A DNA stretch of 64,000 nucleotides, taken from NCBI GenBank assembly GCA_965200965.1, contig OZ241744.1, positions 960,001 through 1,024,000 of the forward strand. Direction: 5' to 3'. The stretch is from an uncultured Candidatus Binatia bacterium. Lineage in GTDB: Bacteria > Desulfobacterota > Binatia > Bin18. Positions 38,356 through 47,600 of the stretch are shown piece by piece. The notes beneath the pieces were generated by a model. The model was given only the letters and a program-made list of their open reading frames with translations, was not told the DNA's origin and made no database searches. How positions within the stretch are numbered: the stretch's first letter is position 1; every line of letters begins with the position of its first letter. The translations under genes were made by a program, and so were the position numbers.

Positions 38356-39528
38356 ATGACGAACACCGCTGACCCCCAGACCTTTCTTGAGGCCATCCGT
38401 GGCCTCACGCCCCACATTCAGGACCGGATCGCCCAGATGGAGGCCGACCGCCGCCTGCCGGCCGAACTGGCCCGCTCCCTGGCCGAGACCGGCATCTTCC
38501 GCCTCATGATCCCCAGACGCTTGGGAGGTCTGGAGATGGACCTTATCCCGGTCCTGCACATCTTTGAAGAACTCGCCCGGATAGACGGCTCAACCGGCTG
38601 GTGCGCCATGATCGGCGCAACCGGCGGGACAACCAGCGCCTTCCTGAGCGAAGAGGTCGCGCGGGAAATCTACGCCAGCGATCCCCATGTTATCACCGCC
38701 GGCGCACTCGCCCCCTGCGGCCAGGCGCAGCCGATAGCCGGCGGCTACCGGGTGACCGGCCGCTGGCCGTTCAACAGCGGCTGCCAGCATAGCCGGTGGC
38801 TCATGGGCACGAGTGTGATTGTTGAGCACGGCCAGCCGCGCAAACTGCCGAGCGGCTTTCCAGAAACGCGGATGATGATTTTTCCGGCGACCGAAGCCGA
38901 GATTCTTGACACTTGGTCGGTGTCCGGGCTGCGCGGCAGCGGCAGTCACGACATTGCGGTCCAGGATGTGTTTGTTCCCGAGGAGCGCGCGGTGGCCTAT
39001 GGCACGGGCAAACGCCACCAATCCGGCCCCTTGTATACCTTCCCGATTTTTGGACTGCTGGCCGTCAGCGTCGCCAGCGTTGCCACCGGCATGGCGCGTG
39101 GTGCCATCCAGAGCTTTGTCGAGTTGGCCCAGACCAGGCGTTTGACTGGCAGCAGTCGCCTGCTCAGCCAGCGCGCCGCCGTCCAGCTCCAGGTAGCCCA
39201 AGCCGAGGCGCAGTTGCGGGCCGGGCGCGCGTTCCTGTTCCAGACGGTCCAGGACGTGTGGGACAGGGTGGTGGCCGGGCAAAAGATCAGCCAGCGCGAC
39301 AGAGCCATCCTGCGCCTATCCGCCTGCCACGCCGCCACCGCTTCCGCCCAGACCATTGATCTGATGTACCAGGCGGCCGGAACCGGGGCTATTTGGGACA
39401 CCAGCCCACTTCAGCGTCACTTCCGCGATGTGCATGTGCTTACCCAGCACGCAGTTGTTGCTCCGCCGATCTCAGAGCTGGCGGGAAAAATCCTGTCAGG
39501 AATCGAAACAACGTTTCCAATGCTGTAA
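38356..39528 (+). CDS. Acyl-CoA-dehydrogenase-fold flavin monooxygenase (HsaA/HpaH-like)
   Basis: GIFRLMIPRRLGG, DGSTGWC, GRWPFNSGC, DTWSVSGLRGSGSHD, LQRHFRDVH. Confidence 0.88.
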   Translation: MTNTADPQTFLEAIRGLTPHIQDRIAQMEADRRLPAELARSLAETGIFRLMIPRRLGGLEMDLIPVLHIFEELARIDGSTGWCAMIGATGGTTSAFLSEEVAREIYASDPHVITAGALAPCGQAQPIAGGYRVTGRWPFNSGCQHSRWLMGTSVIVEHGQPRKLPSGFPETRMMIFPATEAEILDTWSVSGLRGSGSHDIAVQDVFVPEERAVAYGTGKRHQSGPLYTFPIFGLLAVSVASVATGMARGAIQSFVELAQTRRLTGSSRLLSQRAAVQLQVAQAEAQLRAGRAFLFQTVQDVWDRVVAGQKISQRDRAILRLSACHAATASAQTIDLMYQAAGTGAIWDTSPLQRHFRDVHVLTQHAVVAPPISELAGKILSGIETTFPML

Positions 39529-39598
39529 AAGGAAAACGAAATCAGCCGTTGGGCAAAGCCGCCGAGTGCGCTCAGACGGCCGGCAGGAGGGTATCAGC

Positions 39599-40006
39599 AT
39601 GGCCCGAAAAGTGGAAAAAACAGAACACGAGTGGAAAGAACTCCTCACCCCGGCCCAGTTTGCCGTGTGTCGCGGCAAAGGGACCGAGCCGGCCTTCAGC
39701 GGCAAATACGCCTACTCCAAGGAACCCGGCATCTACCAGTGTTCGTGCTGCGGCGCAGAGTTGTTCGACTCCGACACCAAATACGAGTCGGGCACCGGCT
39801 GGCCGAGCTTCTGGCAGCCACTCGGGGCCGACAGCGTTGAAACCGGGCAGGACCGGAGTTGGGGCATGGTGCGTACAGAGGTGGTGTGCAGCGCGTGCGG
39901 TGCCCATCTGGGCCATGTCTTTGAAGACGGCCCAGAGCCGACCGGCCTGCGCTACTGCATGAACTCGGTCTCGCTGAACCTCGTCTCCAAGGAGGGCAAA
40001 GACTAG
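39599..40006 (+). CDS. msrB: Peptide-methionine (R)-S-oxide reductase
   Basis: GTEPAFSG, CSCC/CSAC Zn pairs, SGTGWPSF, HLGHVFEDGP, RYCMNS. Confidence 0.96.
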   Translation: MARKVEKTEHEWKELLTPAQFAVCRGKGTEPAFSGKYAYSKEPGIYQCSCCGAELFDSDTKYESGTGWPSFWQPLGADSVETGQDRSWGMVRTEVVCSACGAHLGHVFEDGPEPTGLRYCMNSVSLNLVSKEGKD

Positions 40007-40992
40007 GCCGGTAGCGGGTCTTTGAGGGCTGACGGCCCGGCCTGCACCGGCAATCCCCTTGTCTCGGCCAGGCCCAGCATCAGATTGAGATTCTGAATGG
40101 CCACGCCACACGCCCCTTTGCCCAGATTATCGAGGGTTGCCACCAGCAGCATATGGCCCGAGGCATGGGACAGCACATGAATCTCCAGCCGGTTGGTGTC
40201 ATTACACGCCTGGGGATTGAGGCTGCGTTCCTCAACGGCTGAGCCGTGGGGCATGAGCTTGACAAAAGGCTCATGCCGATAGCGGTGGTGAAAAACCTCC
40301 CACACCGCCTCGCCAGTCGTGCCCGGCGGCAACAGCGAGACGTGGAGCGGCACCTCAACCCGCATCCCACAGCGGAACGGCCCAACGGCCGGGACAAACT
40401 GCGGCTCGAGGTGCAGGCCAGCGTAGCACACCATCTCCGGGATATGCTTGTGGCGGCTGCTCAGGGCATACGGGGCCTCGTAGGGCAACCCGCCCAGCCC
40501 GAGCTGCGGGTCCTCCCACCTGTCAATCAGCGGCCGCCCGCCTCCCGAATAGCCGGACAGGGCGTGGATAGACAGCCCGGCCTGGGGCACCAGGACAGCG
40601 GCGTCAACCAACGGCCGGACCAGCAGCACAAAGGCCGAGGCATAACAGCCGGGGTTGGCGACCCGTTTGGCGGTCCGAATGGCGTCCCGCTGGCCGGGCT
40701 GGAGCTCGGGCAGACCGTAGACCCAGCCCTCCGCCACCCGGTGGGCGGTACTGGCGTCAATCAGCCGGGTCTGGCTGTCTGCGGCCCAGCCGGCCGCCTC
40801 CCGGGATGCCTCGTCGGGCAAACACAGGACAGCGATATCCGCGGCCAGCAGGCACTCCCGACGGGCGGAGGCGCTCTTCCGCAGGTCCTCGGCCAGGCTG
40901 ACAATTTCGACATCGCGGCGGTTCGCCAGCCATTGTCTGATACGCAGCCCGGTCGTGCCAACGTGACCGTCAATATAGACCTGTGGACGCAT
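40003..40992 (-). CDS. argC: N-acetyl-gamma-glutamyl-phosphate reductase (type 2)
   Basis: VYIDGHVGTTGL, LCLPD, IDASTAHR, ANPGCY, SGYSGGG, LDNLGKGA. Confidence 0.95.
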   Translation of the reverse strand: MRPQVYIDGHVGTTGLRIRQWLANRRDVEIVSLAEDLRKSASARRECLLAADIAVLCLPDEASREAAGWAADSQTRLIDASTAHRVAEGWVYGLPELQPGQRDAIRTAKRVANPGCYASAFVLLVRPLVDAAVLVPQAGLSIHALSGYSGGGRPLIDRWEDPQLGLGGLPYEAPYALSSRHKHIPEMVCYAGLHLEPQFVPAVGPFRCGMRVEVPLHVSLLPPGTTGEAVWEVFHHRYRHEPFVKLMPHGSAVEERSLNPQACNDTNRLEIHVLSHASGHMLLVATLDNLGKGACGVAIQNLNLMLGLAETRGLPVQAGPSALKDPLPA

Positions 40993-40994
40993 GT

Positions 40995-42152
40995 TCAGAC
41001 ATCCCTCCGTCTCCGCCGAGCGTGTGCCGGCCAGGCCGCCGACCTGGCCTCCAGACCCTCAAACCAGGGCAGCACAACGGTCTCATTAATGCGGTAGGGA
41101 TAGGCGTGGCCCCAGTCCGGGATCGCACGAAATGTTATCGGATAGCCAAGTCCACTGAGGAGTTGTTGGGTCTGGCGGGCAAAGGCGATCGGGAAGATCG
41201 GGTCCTGTTCGCCGTGTACCAGCAGGATGGGCAGGTCCCGGCCACGGCCGCGGCGCAGCAAGTGGTCGGCCGCGGTGTGGAGTTGGGAGGCAATCGGCGC
41301 AATCCCGGCAAACAACTCGGGAAAACTCAGACCCAGAATATGGGTAAAAATCCCCCCGTCGGAAAAACCCGAGGCGTAGACGCGGCTGCGGTCAACCGCG
41401 TAGGTCTGCCACACCTCGTCAAGCATACGGCGGATGGACCGCAGGTCAACGGCCGGGTTGGGCGGCGTGCCCGGCGTGCGAATGGCCGACCAGGTCTCAC
41501 GCGAGGATTTCGGCGACAGCAGCACATACCCCTTGCTCTTGGCCAGGCGCAACCAGGTCAGAATGTAATCGTCGTCTCGGCTATAACCGCCGTGTAGACA
41601 CACGATGAGCGGCCACTGTCTGCGCGGCGTATAGTTCTCGGGCACATAGAGCGAGTAGGCATAGCGCTGCCCGGTCTGTTCCTGACGCAGCAGCCCGACC
41701 GGGACATCAAGGTCCGGGCTGTGGGTTTCCAGGCGGGCCAGCTCGGGCAGTGCCTCGGGCAGCACCCAGTACTGCTGGAGGAGCGGCAGGTCGGCCCGGA
41801 TGCGGTACAATACCCGCTTGCCTCGACACAGCAGAAAGCGGCCCTTCAAGAAACGGATGGCAAAGTCTCGGCCAACAGCGCTGACAAAAGCGCCGTAGGC
41901 ATCCGCGCAGTGCTCAATCGCCTCGGCCAAACTGGTGTGGAAATCGCTCAGACGCTGGGGGGGAACGAGGCTGGCCAGCTCGCTCTTGAGGCCGTGAAAC
42001 AGCTCGCCAACCGTGGCTTCCAGGGCCTCACGCTGCTCGGCCAGGCGCGACATATGGAACTGCTCCTGATAGGTCTCCATCGTGCGCAAAAAGGGCAGCA
42101 GCTTGTCTTCAAGCTGGCGAATGCCGGCGGTGTAGCGAATTGCAGCGTCCAT
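40995..42152 (-). CDS. Phospholipase/carboxylesterase (PHB-depolymerase-like alpha/beta hydrolase) with helical N-terminal extension
   Basis: YVPENY...WPLIVCLHGG, GFSDGG nucleophile elbow, VHGEQD, WGH. Confidence 0.8.
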   Translation of the reverse strand: MDAAIRYTAGIRQLEDKLLPFLRTMETYQEQFHMSRLAEQREALEATVGELFHGLKSELASLVPPQRLSDFHTSLAEAIEHCADAYGAFVSAVGRDFAIRFLKGRFLLCRGKRVLYRIRADLPLLQQYWVLPEALPELARLETHSPDLDVPVGLLRQEQTGQRYAYSLYVPENYTPRRQWPLIVCLHGGYSRDDDYILTWLRLAKSKGYVLLSPKSSRETWSAIRTPGTPPNPAVDLRSIRRMLDEVWQTYAVDRSRVYASGFSDGGIFTHILGLSFPELFAGIAPIASQLHTAADHLLRRGRGRDLPILLVHGEQDPIFPIAFARQTQQLLSGLGYPITFRAIPDWGHAYPYRINETVVLPWFEGLEARSAAWPAHARRRRRDV

Positions 42153-42280
42153 GCGTCCCCCTGTTGTGGCTTTGCCCCGTGGTGGAGTCGCCTTGTCCCT
42201 CACCACACTGTCACACGCCCGCCCGAAAAGGCAAGCGGGCGGACTGTCACCAGGCGTCTCTTCCTGCTATGCACACGCGT

Positions 42281-43723
42281 ATGCCTGAACACCACCAGCG
42301 GCGTCTGACTGCTCTGCAAGCCTCGTTCCTGTACCGGGAGCAGCCCGGCCAGCCCATGCATATCGGCGGCTGTGGGGTGTACGAGGGTCATGTCCCCCGC
42401 ACCACCGTCGTCCGTCTGCTCGAAGACCGCCTCCACCTGCTCCCCCGCTACCGGCAGAAGGTTGTCGCCGCCCCGTTTGGCATTGCGCAGCCAGGCTGGG
42501 AAGACGACCCGGATTTCGAGCTGTCGGACCACATTGAGGAGCGGACGCTGCCCCGGCCCGGGGATGACCGGGTGTTAGCGCGCGTTGGCGGCCGTATATT
42601 TGCCGAACCCCTTGACCGCGCCCACCCATTATGGAAACTCATCCTGCTCCGGGGTCGGCACGACGGCAATACGGCGATTCTGGCCAAGGTCCATTACGCC
42701 CTGGTCAAAGGCATCACCGGCACAGCGCTGAGCACTGTTCTGCACGATATCCGGCCCGACGCGCCCCCGACCCCGCCGCCGCCCAGTGACTGGCAGCCGG
42801 AGCCCATGCCAGATTTTTTGACCCGACTGCAAAACGCGCTCCATGACACGATCACCACCACGACCAGGCTCGCGGTCAATACAGGCTTGTTCCCGCCGGG
42901 GGCGCGGCTGTGGTCAGGCTCGCCGGCCGGCGTTGGTTCCCGGCTTGGCGCGGCGCTGTCTCCCCTCCTGCGGCCGGTATCCCGCCTGCCGTTCAACGGC
43001 CGGCTGTCCGGCGTGCGCCAGTTTGCCTGGACCGAACTTGCTTTTCCTGAAATTCGGGCGGTCCGGTCATCCCTGGGCGGAACGGTCAACGATGTCGTCC
43101 TGACGATCATCTCCGGCGCTCTGGGCAGCTATCTCAGGGAAAAAGGACACCGGCCTGAGGGTCTGAATCTCCGGCTCGCCTACCCGGTCATGCTTCACCA
43201 TCATGCCAGCGGAGACGAGTCTGAGGACGAGACACCCGCGATTTCAAGCCTGCTCGTGCCGCTGTATCCGGGCATGGCCGACCCGGTCCAACGTTTCAGG
43301 GCCGAACACCAGGCCCTGGAAGCATGCAAGAACCGCCGGCAGGCCCACGCCTTGGCCGAGCTGATGACGCTGAACCGTTTCCTCCCGCCGGCCGTCCAGG
43401 CCCTGAGCCAGCAGTTCGGGCTGCCCAAGCGCGTGGCCAACACCGTCTCGCTCAACATCCCCGGCCCCCAGATTCCGCTCTACCTGGCCAGCCACAAGCG
43501 CCTCGGCTTCTACCCCATTGGTCCGCTCAGCACCGATATCGGTCTCTTCCACATCACCTCAAGCTATAACGACAAGCTGACCATCGGCGTCACCGTAGAC
43601 CCCCATCTGATGCCGGATGTGTGGCACTACGCCGACTGCCTGCGTGGGGCGTTTCAGGAGCTGCGGGAGGCGGCCGACCGCACCACATCCCCGTCCGACA
43701 GGCCGGCCCGGCAGGTCGCCTGA
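42281..43723 (+). CDS. Wax ester synthase/DGAT-family protein with degenerate active site
   Basis: PMHIG, PRYRQKV, WEDDPDF, PLDRAHPLW, GGTVNDVVL, NIPGPQ.PLY, ITSSYN. The HHxxxDG motif reads HYALVKG. Confidence 0.85.
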   Translation: MPEHHQRRLTALQASFLYREQPGQPMHIGGCGVYEGHVPRTTVVRLLEDRLHLLPRYRQKVVAAPFGIAQPGWEDDPDFELSDHIEERTLPRPGDDRVLARVGGRIFAEPLDRAHPLWKLILLRGRHDGNTAILAKVHYALVKGITGTALSTVLHDIRPDAPPTPPPPSDWQPEPMPDFLTRLQNALHDTITTTTRLAVNTGLFPPGARLWSGSPAGVGSRLGAALSPLLRPVSRLPFNGRLSGVRQFAWTELAFPEIRAVRSSLGGTVNDVVLTIISGALGSYLREKGHRPEGLNLRLAYPVMLHHHASGDESEDETPAISSLLVPLYPGMADPVQRFRAEHQALEACKNRRQAHALAELMTLNRFLPPAVQALSQQFGLPKRVANTVSLNIPGPQIPLYLASHKRLGFYPIGPLSTDIGLFHITSSYNDKLTIGVTVDPHLMPDVWHYADCLRGAFQELREAADRTTSPSDRPARQVA

Positions 43724-43755
43724 GCGACCGGGCGACACCCCGGCCCGGGTGCCGG

Positions 43756-44331
43756 CTATACTGTATGCTCGGTGAATCCGTTCACGTCGTAGGCCATGAC
43801 CATCAGATCGTGGGTACGGCCGTCCCGGTCAATCACAAAATCAGACAGCAGCGCTTCGGGCTGAAAGCCTAAACGCTCAAATGTCGCAATCGCGCCTTTT
43901 TGATCGGGCATCATCTGAGCCACGATGCGGCTGAGGCCCATCGCGTGGGCCAGCGCAAAAATTTCGCGGGCCAGGTGACGGCCCAGCCCCTGGCCGCGGT
44001 AGGCCGGTCCGACCAGAATCCGAATTTCCCCCAAGTGGCGCTGCCAGGTGACTTGGTGGTGGTGCAGAATCGCATAGCCGGCAATCTGGCCGTCAGCCTC
44101 GGCAATAATGGTGGCGGTGGTGTTTTCTTCGAGCTGACGGACCCATTGCCTCACCACCTCGGGCTGGGTGATATCCATCCGCAGGTGGAGCAGATCATAG
44201 GCCGGCAGGCTGTTGGCAAAGCTGAGCAGCCGGTTGGCGTCAAACGCGCTCATTGGCCGCAGGGTGACGGCCTGGCCGCCACGCAGGGTGATGAGTGAAG
44301 GATGGGCAGACTGCCGGGGGGTGTCTTCCAT
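43756..44331 (-). CDS. GNAT acetyltransferase
   Basis: VGPAYRGQGLGRHL acetyl-CoA motif; FERLGF. Confidence 0.85.
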   Translation of the reverse strand: MEDTPRQSAHPSLITLRGGQAVTLRPMSAFDANRLLSFANSLPAYDLLHLRMDITQPEVVRQWVRQLEENTTATIIAEADGQIAGYAILHHHQVTWQRHLGEIRILVGPAYRGQGLGRHLAREIFALAHAMGLSRIVAQMMPDQKGAIATFERLGFQPEALLSDFVIDRDGRTHDLMVMAYDVNGFTEHTV

Positions 44332-44472
44332 GCCGGTGTTCCTGTCTCAGCGCGTGCTCTCGGGTCACGCTTGCGTCTTCTATCCCAGTCTGCCAAGTCC
44401 TGGCAAGAGCGGGGTTTGAAACGAACCTGTGCTTGCAAAATTTCCCATCCTTTGCTAGCAGGGAAGACCCGT

Positions 44473-45231
44473 ATGAACTGGCGTTCCACTCCCGCGTATC
44501 CCGACTATGTGTGGCAACTGTCTCAACTCCTGCCCTCTGCACTCTACCGGGACCCACCGCTCCGCCCCGGCGGCGGCGAGCCGATTTTATTGATTCCAGG
44601 GTTTCTGGCCGGCGACTGGACGCTGCGGGTGCTGGCCGGCTGGCTGGGCCGCCTCGGCTATCGGTCCTACCTGTCCGGCATTGACTGGAATGTTGACTGT
44701 CCGAACCGGACCAGCGAACTTCTGCGCTGGCGGCTTGACCACATTCTGCAAGAAACCGGCCAGCCGCTGACTCTCGTAGGGCACAGCCTCGGCGGTATGC
44801 TGGCCCGTTTTCTGGGTGCGGCCTATCCGGCACAAGTCAGCGGCGTCATTGCCATCGGCTCGCCGCTCACTCCTCCCGTTGAGGTCAACCCAATCGTCTT
44901 GCTTGCCTCACAGGTCTTATACCCGATCAGACGGCTCCGTGGGCACGTTCCACCCGAGTGCGGCAGTCTGGAATGTACATGCCAGTTTCAACAGACTGCT
45001 TTTGGCCCCTTACCGGCGGGCGTTGACTTCGCCTCCATTTTCTCCAAAGAGGACGAAATCGTGGCCTGGCACTCCAGTCTCGACCCCCAAGGTCACAACC
45101 TTGAGGTCCCGGGAAGACACCTCGGGCTGATTGTCAATCGCTCTGTCTATCAGGCCCTGCTCCAGGTCCTGTCAAAGGGTGTGGACGAAGCCGGGAACGA
45201 CCATATGGGAGAAGACGACAAAAAGAACTGA
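44473..45231 (+). CDS. Alpha/beta hydrolase (lipase/esterase)
   Basis: LLIPGFLAGD, LVGHSLGG, IGSP, SIFSKEDEIV, HLGL. Confidence 0.88.
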   Translation: MNWRSTPAYPDYVWQLSQLLPSALYRDPPLRPGGGEPILLIPGFLAGDWTLRVLAGWLGRLGYRSYLSGIDWNVDCPNRTSELLRWRLDHILQETGQPLTLVGHSLGGMLARFLGAAYPAQVSGVIAIGSPLTPPVEVNPIVLLASQVLYPIRRLRGHVPPECGSLECTCQFQQTAFGPLPAGVDFASIFSKEDEIVAWHSSLDPQGHNLEVPGRHLGLIVNRSVYQALLQVLSKGVDEAGNDHMGEDDKKN

Positions 45232-45263
45232 AGGATGCGCACCCAAGCTTGTCTTCCAGCGGC

Positions 45264-45743
45264 TCAGCGACTGAACGGTTCTGTATAAGTGGTGTCTGGC
45301 TCATCGGCGGACGTTTCAAACGACCTGGCCGCGGCGTTCTTTGCCACCACTCCCTTGGTGTAGACATTCACGTCCCACAGGGCTTCGCCATCGCCGTTCT
45401 CATCCTTGAAGGTGAAGCGGACCCAGTAGCTTCCAGTCCGAAACTGGTCAAGCGCGTTAAAGTACTGGCTCAAGGTCTCGACAATCCGGTCCTTCCGAGA
45501 AGGCAGGCCGGCTGTCCAGGCTCCCAACTCCCAGGGGTTGCCGGCCCGGGCGCTGTCCTGAGAGCGTTTCTCAATGTTCGAGATGACGCTGAACAGCCCC
45601 CCTTCCCGCTTATGCGCTTTGACCAGCTGAATCGCCTGTTTTTCCTTGGGGCCCATCTCGGTCGGCTCACCGCAGCCGGCCAGGACGCCCAGCCCAAAGA
45701 CCAGCAACGCGAGCAGCGTAGTATTCTGCACTATGGATCGCAT
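45264..45743 (-). CDS. Lipoprotein of unknown function
   Basis: Signal peptide with lipobox LAGC; RBS GAGGGG. Confidence 0.7.
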   Translation of the reverse strand: MRSIVQNTTLLALLVFGLGVLAGCGEPTEMGPKEKQAIQLVKAHKREGGLFSVISNIEKRSQDSARAGNPWELGAWTAGLPSRKDRIVETLSQYFNALDQFRTGSYWVRFTFKDENGDGEALWDVNVYTKGVVAKNAAARSFETSADEPDTTYTEPFSR

Positions 45744-45986
45744 CCCCTCGCCCTCCAAATGAGCAAAATTCAGCCGGGGGCTCTGCACCCGTCCCGGCTG
45801 TTGGCCAGGGATTGTACAACGAAAGAAGCGCCCGGTCCATCAGCACGGCCCACTTCCGGGCGGTCTGTGAGCGGGGAAGATAAAGGCAAATCGGGCTGAG
45901 GCTTGCATTTTCGTCACCTGGGTGACACACATGTGCTTGGCGAGCGCAGCTGCGCTGTTTCAGATAGCCGGGCGAGACGAGGGAGA

Positions 45987-46691
45987 ATGATACGCCGACC
46001 CGTTCTGAACATCATGAGCCTACGGCGGATGAAGACCTTTGCCAGGGCGTCTGATCGTCAACTCCACGCTATTTTGTCCGAGATCACCCTGGAACGCTTT
46101 GAGCGTCGGACAACCCTCTTCCGCCAGGGCGACCCGTCCGACTCCCTCTATGTCCTGGTTTCCGGCGTGATCAAGCTCTCGCTGCGCACCCCGGAGGGCG
46201 AGGACATCCTGGTCAGCCTGATTTCACCCGGCGAACTGTTCGGCATCACCTCCCTGCTGCCCGGCATGCAGCGACCGTTTCGGAGTGAGGCGTTCAGTGA
46301 CTGCTGGGTTGGCCGGTTGTCGGCTGAGGCTTTGGTCAGCACCCTGCTCGGCGTCCCGTTTGCCGACTTCAGTGCGCTGATGGACGGCACGGTCAGCCGC
46401 TGGTTCGGCCTGCTCCAGCGCTACGCCCATTTTCAGGGGCTCGACCTCCAGCATCGTCTGGCCTTTGCCCTGCTGGAACTGGCTCAAAAGTTCGGGGTCC
46501 AAGAGGCGCGGGGGACGCTCCTCATTCTCCAGTTGACCCACGAAGACCTAGCCGATCTGGTCGGGGCTTCGCGGCAAAAGGTCACTGAACACCTGCGGAC
46601 CCTGGAGCGGAAATCCCTCCTCCAGCGGGAGGGGCGCAGGCTCATCGTGTCACCCAAAGGTTTACGCGACCTGGTGCAAATTGAGCACTGA
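45987..46691 (+). CDS. Crp/Fnr-family transcriptional regulator
   Basis: LFRQGD...LYVLVSG.IKL, PGELFG, LTHEDLADLVGASRQKVT HTH. Confidence 0.92.
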   Translation: MIRRPVLNIMSLRRMKTFARASDRQLHAILSEITLERFERRTTLFRQGDPSDSLYVLVSGVIKLSLRTPEGEDILVSLISPGELFGITSLLPGMQRPFRSEAFSDCWVGRLSAEALVSTLLGVPFADFSALMDGTVSRWFGLLQRYAHFQGLDLQHRLAFALLELAQKFGVQEARGTLLILQLTHEDLADLVGASRQKVTEHLRTLERKSLLQREGRRLIVSPKGLRDLVQIEH

Positions 46692-46716
46692 AAAAGGGGG
46701 CTGCACGAGCCCCCTT
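46691..46716 (-). terminator. Rho-independent terminator between convergent genes
   Basis: AAGGGGGCT-gcacg-AGCCCCCTT, with the A run giving a U tail on the minus strand. Confidence 0.75.
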
Positions 46717-46738
46717 CCGGGACAGGGGACACGAGGGA

Positions 46739-47044
46739 CTAGACGCTGGCTTCTTCTTCGGACGGCTTGTCCAGCCGCCACAGTTGACGCGCCAGCGTTG
46801 TGGAGGAACCAATGAGCTGCCTGGCCACAGAGAGTTGGGCCTCAACCATCGGTGCCATTGGGGTTTCCTTGGCCCAGGCGGTTGTTTTTTCGCTCATCTC
46901 CAGGGCTTGACTGGCCCATTTCTCGCTGTTGTCAATGTACTGTGCCGCCATCTCCCGCATCGGAGCCAGCATCGGGGAGTTGCTCAGGTTCAGTTTGCCA
47001 CACATTTTGGCAAAAGGATTGTTGGTCCACAGATTGTCGGCCAT
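46739..47044 (-). CDS. Small amphipathic helical protein, phasin-like
   Basis: Strong RBS GGAGGAG; 101 aa, Ala/Glu/Met-rich helical pattern; lipid-metabolism context. The family call is tentative. Confidence 0.55.
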   Translation of the reverse strand: MADNLWTNNPFAKMCGKLNLSNSPMLAPMREMAAQYIDNSEKWASQALEMSEKTTAWAKETPMAPMVEAQLSVARQLIGSSTTLARQLWRLDKPSEEEASV

Positions 47045-47187
47045 GATGTTCTCCTCCTCAGATCGGATTGACGTTTCTGACGCTTGATCGCTCTGGGACA
47101 GATGCTGGCTCATATCGCTAACTTTTGCAAGCGCAGTTCGGCACCTTGAGGGACAGGAACAGTCACCCAGGTGACAGGATCGCGCTT

Positions 47188-47556
47188 TCAGGCCGAGCCT
47201 TCGCTCTCGTTGACCTTGCGGAACGAGCGGTACATGTCGATCAGCATCTCTCGCTGACGGGCCGACAGATGGGGGTCATGCAGGACCGCCCTCACCACAT
47301 CGCTGGCTTCGGTCTCTTGGGGGTCAAGAATACCGGCCTGGGTGTACAGTGTTTCCGCGGAGATTTTCAATCCTTTGGCCAAAGACTGGAGGATGACGCT
47401 GCTCGGCATGCGCAGGCCCCGCTCAATCTGGCTCAGGTAGGGATTGGAAATGCCGCACAGCTCGGCCAGTTGGCGGATGGAGAGCCGGGACAATTCACGC
47501 TGCCGGCGGAGAAACTCGCCGAGACTCGCATACGGGTCAGGTTGTGTTGCAGCCAT
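47188..47556 (-). CDS. XRE-family HTH regulator resembling actinobacterial Rv0474-type proteins
   Basis: LGEFLRRQRE...SIRQLAELCGISNPYLSQIERGLRMPS...ISAETLYTQAGIL...AVLHDPHLSARQREML. Confidence 0.85.
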   Translation of the reverse strand: MAATQPDPYASLGEFLRRQRELSRLSIRQLAELCGISNPYLSQIERGLRMPSSVILQSLAKGLKISAETLYTQAGILDPQETEASDVVRAVLHDPHLSARQREMLIDMYRSFRKVNESEGSA

Positions 47557-47564
47557 GCGCTCAG

Positions 47565-47595
47565 TGCTAGCGCACTTTGCTTGCGGATGCAAGCA
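47565..47595. promoter_or_regulatory. Putative operator: TGCTWGC boxes, including the palindrome TGCTTGC-GGAT-GCAAGCA
   Basis: TGCTAGC at 47565-47571 and a perfect 7-bp inverted repeat at 47578-47595, just upstream of the XRE gene. Related boxes occur at 44430-44460 and 47117-47133. Confidence 0.6.
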
Positions 47596-47600
47596 GTGGG

